Below, one piece after another: positions 61,445-63,913 of a stretch of DNA of 63,913 bases. How positions within the stretch are numbered: position 1 is the stretch's first letter; each line of letters starts with the position of its first letter. Made by a program: the position numbers and the translations under genes. The notes beneath the pieces are model-generated. The model was not told the DNA's origin and did no database searches. It saw nothing but the letters and a program-made list of their open reading frames with translations. The DNA comes from an uncultured Smithella sp. (GTDB taxonomy: Bacteria; Desulfobacterota; Syntrophia; Syntrophales; Smithellaceae), in assembly GCA_964480875.1 (NCBI GenBank), contig CAYZRT010000004.1:1-63913 (forward strand). Direction: 5' to 3'.

Positions 61445-61476
61445 AAGATTCCTGCCACTAAAAAAGAGAGGACAAT

Positions 61477-62343
61477 ATGGATCTGAACAAAAAATTTTCC
61501 GGGAAAAGAGTCGTCATTACCGGTGCCGGAAGCGGTCTGGGCAGGGCTTTGGCGCTGGAATTTGCAAAGAGGGGTTGGAAGATAGCCATCGCCGAGATCA
61601 ATGATGAGCGGGCTAAAGAGTCGGCGGAAATGGTGAAGAAGGAAGGCGGAACCCCTATCACGATACATTGTGACGTAACAAATCCGGAAGATCTGGAAAA
61701 TGTTTTGAAAAGAGTCGTGAAAGAATGGAAAGGCGTGGACATTCTGATCAACAACGCCGGAGTGGCTGCAGCAGGATGGTTTGAAAAAATTCCGCTGGAA
61801 AAATGGGACTGGATTATCGGGCTCAATACCAAGAGCATCATTCACGGATGCCGCACGTTCATTAAATACTTTAAAGAGACTAATTCGGGAGGCTATATTG
61901 TCAATGTCGCCTCCAATGCCGGCATTGCGTCATTGCCCGAGATGGTCAGCTATAACGCCACCAAGGCCGCGACAATATCCATTTCCGAAACGCTGAAGAT
62001 TGAACTTTCTAAAATCAATGTCGGCGTTTCGGTTGTTTGTCCGACTTTTTTTAAAACGAATCTGATGGATCAGTTTACGTCTCCGGACGAACGACAACGC
62101 GAACTGGCCAATACCTTCTTCGGCAACGCGAAGACAACATCTGAAAAAGTCGCGTGTCACACCATCCGGTCTATCGAGAAAAACCGCTTTTATGTGATTA
62201 CTCAGAAAGACGGCCGGAACATGTGGCGCATGAAACGATGGTCTCCGGAGCTTTATTTCAAAGTGATGTCCGCGTTTTACAAAACCGGATTTTACGACAG
62301 GCACCTGGTGAAGCTGTTAAAGTTAATGAATATCGTCGGATAG
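61477..62343 (+). CDS. Short-chain dehydrogenase/reductase
   Basis: VVITGAGSGLGRA, NNAG and YNATKAA (YxxxK). Confidence 0.9.
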   Translation: MDLNKKFSGKRVVITGAGSGLGRALALEFAKRGWKIAIAEINDERAKESAEMVKKEGGTPITIHCDVTNPEDLENVLKRVVKEWKGVDILINNAGVAAAGWFEKIPLEKWDWIIGLNTKSIIHGCRTFIKYFKETNSGGYIVNVASNAGIASLPEMVSYNATKAATISISETLKIELSKINVGVSVVCPTFFKTNLMDQFTSPDERQRELANTFFGNAKTTSEKVACHTIRSIEKNRFYVITQKDGRNMWRMKRWSPELYFKVMSAFYKTGFYDRHLVKLLKLMNIVG

Positions 62344-62440
62344 CGTACGGCAGAGATATAAAATCATGTAAATTATCTTTACACAATGCCCGATTCATTA
62401 TAAATTATTCTCGCGTGTCGTTAGCAAGAGAGGGTATTTT

Positions 62441-63250
62441 ATGAAAAAAGACATCATCGATAAAATTCAAGTTTATACGGAAAGAGAAAATATTCTGATG
62501 GGCGCAGCGCCGGCGGACGAACTCAATAAAGCCGCCCCGGAGGGATTTCGTCCGAAAGATTTATTGCCGAATGCTAAAACCGTGCTGGTGTTTGCCCAAC
62601 CTCTGCCGCTGGCTGTTTTTCTGGTGCCTGGAGAAAATAATAATTTTTATCAAAGGTCGTCCTATACGCACTACCTGATCATGGACAAACTGGCCAACGA
62701 TTTAAGCCTGATGATTCAGCAGGGCGGTTATCCATCGCTTCCGATTCCATCATACAGTCCCCTGCGATTTTATAAAGGTGAGCCGCGCGGTATGATCAGT
62801 CTAAAACATGCCGCAGTTTATGCCGGCCTGGGAAAAATGGGACGCAACACCATCCTGATTAATCCTGAACATGGAAACATCATGCGTCTGGGTGCATTGA
62901 TGACGGAAATGGAGTGGCCGGAATATCCCGCCGTCAACGAAAAGAGTCTCTGTCCGGACAAATGCCGGATTTGCGAAGAGGCCTGTCCGGTTGGCGCGCT
63001 GAAGGACGGCAATATTGATATCATGAAATGCATGGGCAACTGCATCAAACATATTCTACTGCCTCCGAAGTTTATGCTGCCCATGATGAAACGTACCGTT
63101 GCAGCAAGTAAACTAATGACCAGATTCATGGAACTCACCTCGCTTAATTTCTTTGAAACCTACGCCATCGATTGCGCGGCCTGCCTCAAAGCCTGCATCC
63201 ATTTTCCCGGAAACAAGATAAAAAATAAAAGCGATAAAACCGCACGGTGA
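62441..63250 (+). CDS. Fe-S protein, epoxyqueuosine-reductase/reductive-dehalogenase-like ferredoxin domain
   Basis: CPDKCRICEEACPVGAL plus later Cys groups (CMGNC, CAACLKAC). The N-terminal half resembles the QueG N-domain only loosely. Confidence 0.5.
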   Translation: MKKDIIDKIQVYTERENILMGAAPADELNKAAPEGFRPKDLLPNAKTVLVFAQPLPLAVFLVPGENNNFYQRSSYTHYLIMDKLANDLSLMIQQGGYPSLPIPSYSPLRFYKGEPRGMISLKHAAVYAGLGKMGRNTILINPEHGNIMRLGALMTEMEWPEYPAVNEKSLCPDKCRICEEACPVGALKDGNIDIMKCMGNCIKHILLPPKFMLPMMKRTVAASKLMTRFMELTSLNFFETYAIDCAACLKACIHFPGNKIKNKSDKTAR

Positions 63251-63656
63251 GGAAAAATAGGCACTGTCACCTTTATTAAATATTGACATGTTGTAAATAG
63301 ATATGATTGTATAACCGCGAGCAGTCAGCAGGGATTTTTGAATTTATACCTGTGACTGCGAAGTCTCATCTTAAAGTTTCAAGTTGCATCAAGAATAAAA
63401 GTTGTTGAAGGAGTTGGGTGTGATAACATCTAAATCAAGTCAATCAACATCTTTGCAAAATAAAACTATTTTTTACACGCATGTTTTGAATAAAGGGCCA
63501 TCCGCGGTGAGAAGCCCGGCTGATAATCTCTAGTGAACCACTTGGGGTATTATACGGATCTGCATAACATCCCATGCAAGAAAATGTGAAATAGGTTGAT
63601 ACATGTTTAATATTAAGGTATTGGCGTTAAAATAGTAGATTTCAGCGCGGGGGTTT

Positions 63657-63913
63657 AATGAAACTCAAGTTTCAGGAACGTAGTGAACTGAAACTTGTAA
63701 GTTGAATTATCCCGCCTGAGGCGGAGGCTATCGAAGATAGCCGTGATATGCCGAAGGAGTTGTCGGCGTTTGCTATATTAATGAGACCCAAGATTCAGAA
63801 ACAACGTATACTAAATCTTGCAGGTCGTAGTGACACTCGTTGAGCGTGAGAGAACCGCGAGGTATAATCAAAAAGAGTGTAAATAAATAGAAGGCGGTGT
63901 AACCTTTCAAGTT
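63657..63913. repeat. Structured dispersed repeat, copy C (two hairpin units, runs to the window edge)
   Basis: Units C1 (63657-63707) and C2 (63780-63830), with small hairpins CCGCC-TGA-GGCGG, GGCTATC-GAA-GATAGCC and GCCGA-N8-TCGGC between them. Confidence 0.7.

Noticed and set aside
63657-63707. An integron attC-site interpretation of the hairpin units (bulged imperfect palindrome; C1 ends in GTTGAAT, which fits GTTRRRY).
   Set aside because: The other four units end in GTCGAA(C/T) or GTCGTAG, breaking the invariant GTT. The 5' box is not RYYYAAC. Units occur in tandem without intervening cassettes, and no intI gene or attI site is present.

Overview
The window is 63.9 kb and almost fully coding. 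I saw no rRNA, tRNA, CRISPR array, transposase or integrase. The gene content suggests a strict anaerobe, plausibly a sulfate-reducing or syntrophic Desulfobacterota-like bacterium. This rests on the many cobalamin-type radical SAM enzymes, a benzoyl-CoA reductase/2-hydroxyacyl-CoA dehydratase (BCR/HAD) family enzyme with activase ATPases, CooC, and a UbiU/UbiV-like U32 pair, and it is inference only. All family calls come from motifs read by eye; no search was run.

The window has two very different halves.

(1) 1-31.9 kb is an envelope-type accessory region, visibly more AT-rich from about 6.3 kb onward. It holds seven radical SAM genes, six of them with B12-binding-type N-domains. These are interleaved with SAM methyltransferases, a U32 (UbiU/UbiV-like) pair, small membrane proteins and three large GT-C-like membrane proteins. 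Downstream is a complete GDP-D-glycero-alpha-D-manno-heptose pathway, then two UDP-galactopyranose-mutase-type flavoenzymes, a GT2, a secreted START-like lipid binder, an LPS-kinase-family protein and a DUF707-like protein.

(2) 32-63.3 kb holds three regulator-headed catabolic modules (TetR, TetR, GntR/FadR) for CoA thioesters:
- Module 1 is one tightly packed roughly 13-kb operon. It encodes two acyl-CoA dehydrogenase (ACAD)-like proteins, three tandem paralogous proteins of unknown function, and a BCR/HAD-family radical enzyme (one small subunit, two duplicated large subunits, two activase ATPases). It ends with a truncated acetyl-CoA-synthase (AcsB/CdhC)-like domain protein and a CooC-type maturation ATPase.
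- The other modules add a second ACAD pair, two SCPx-type thiolases with Lys-rich inserts, two short-chain dehydrogenases/reductases (SDRs), an acyl-CoA synthetase, an MFS transporter, an 828-aa GltD-like/ferredoxin/nitroreductase fusion and a QueG-like Fe-S protein.

The non-coding layer has three notable parts:
- A dispersed family of about 50-nt hairpin units (five copies) has covarying stems and a conserved loop, plus a shared 78-nt structured 3' module.
- A conserved promoter-like module occurs four times and brackets single genes.
- There are strong palindromic operators next to two regulator genes and a weaker hyphenated repeat upstream of the third, GC-rich hairpin repeats, and a restriction-modification (RM) methyltransferase C-terminal remnant.

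The best candidates for something undescribed are the module-1 radical-enzyme operon with its ACS-fragment/CooC pair and unknown paralogs, the radical-SAM-rich envelope cluster, and the structured repeat family.
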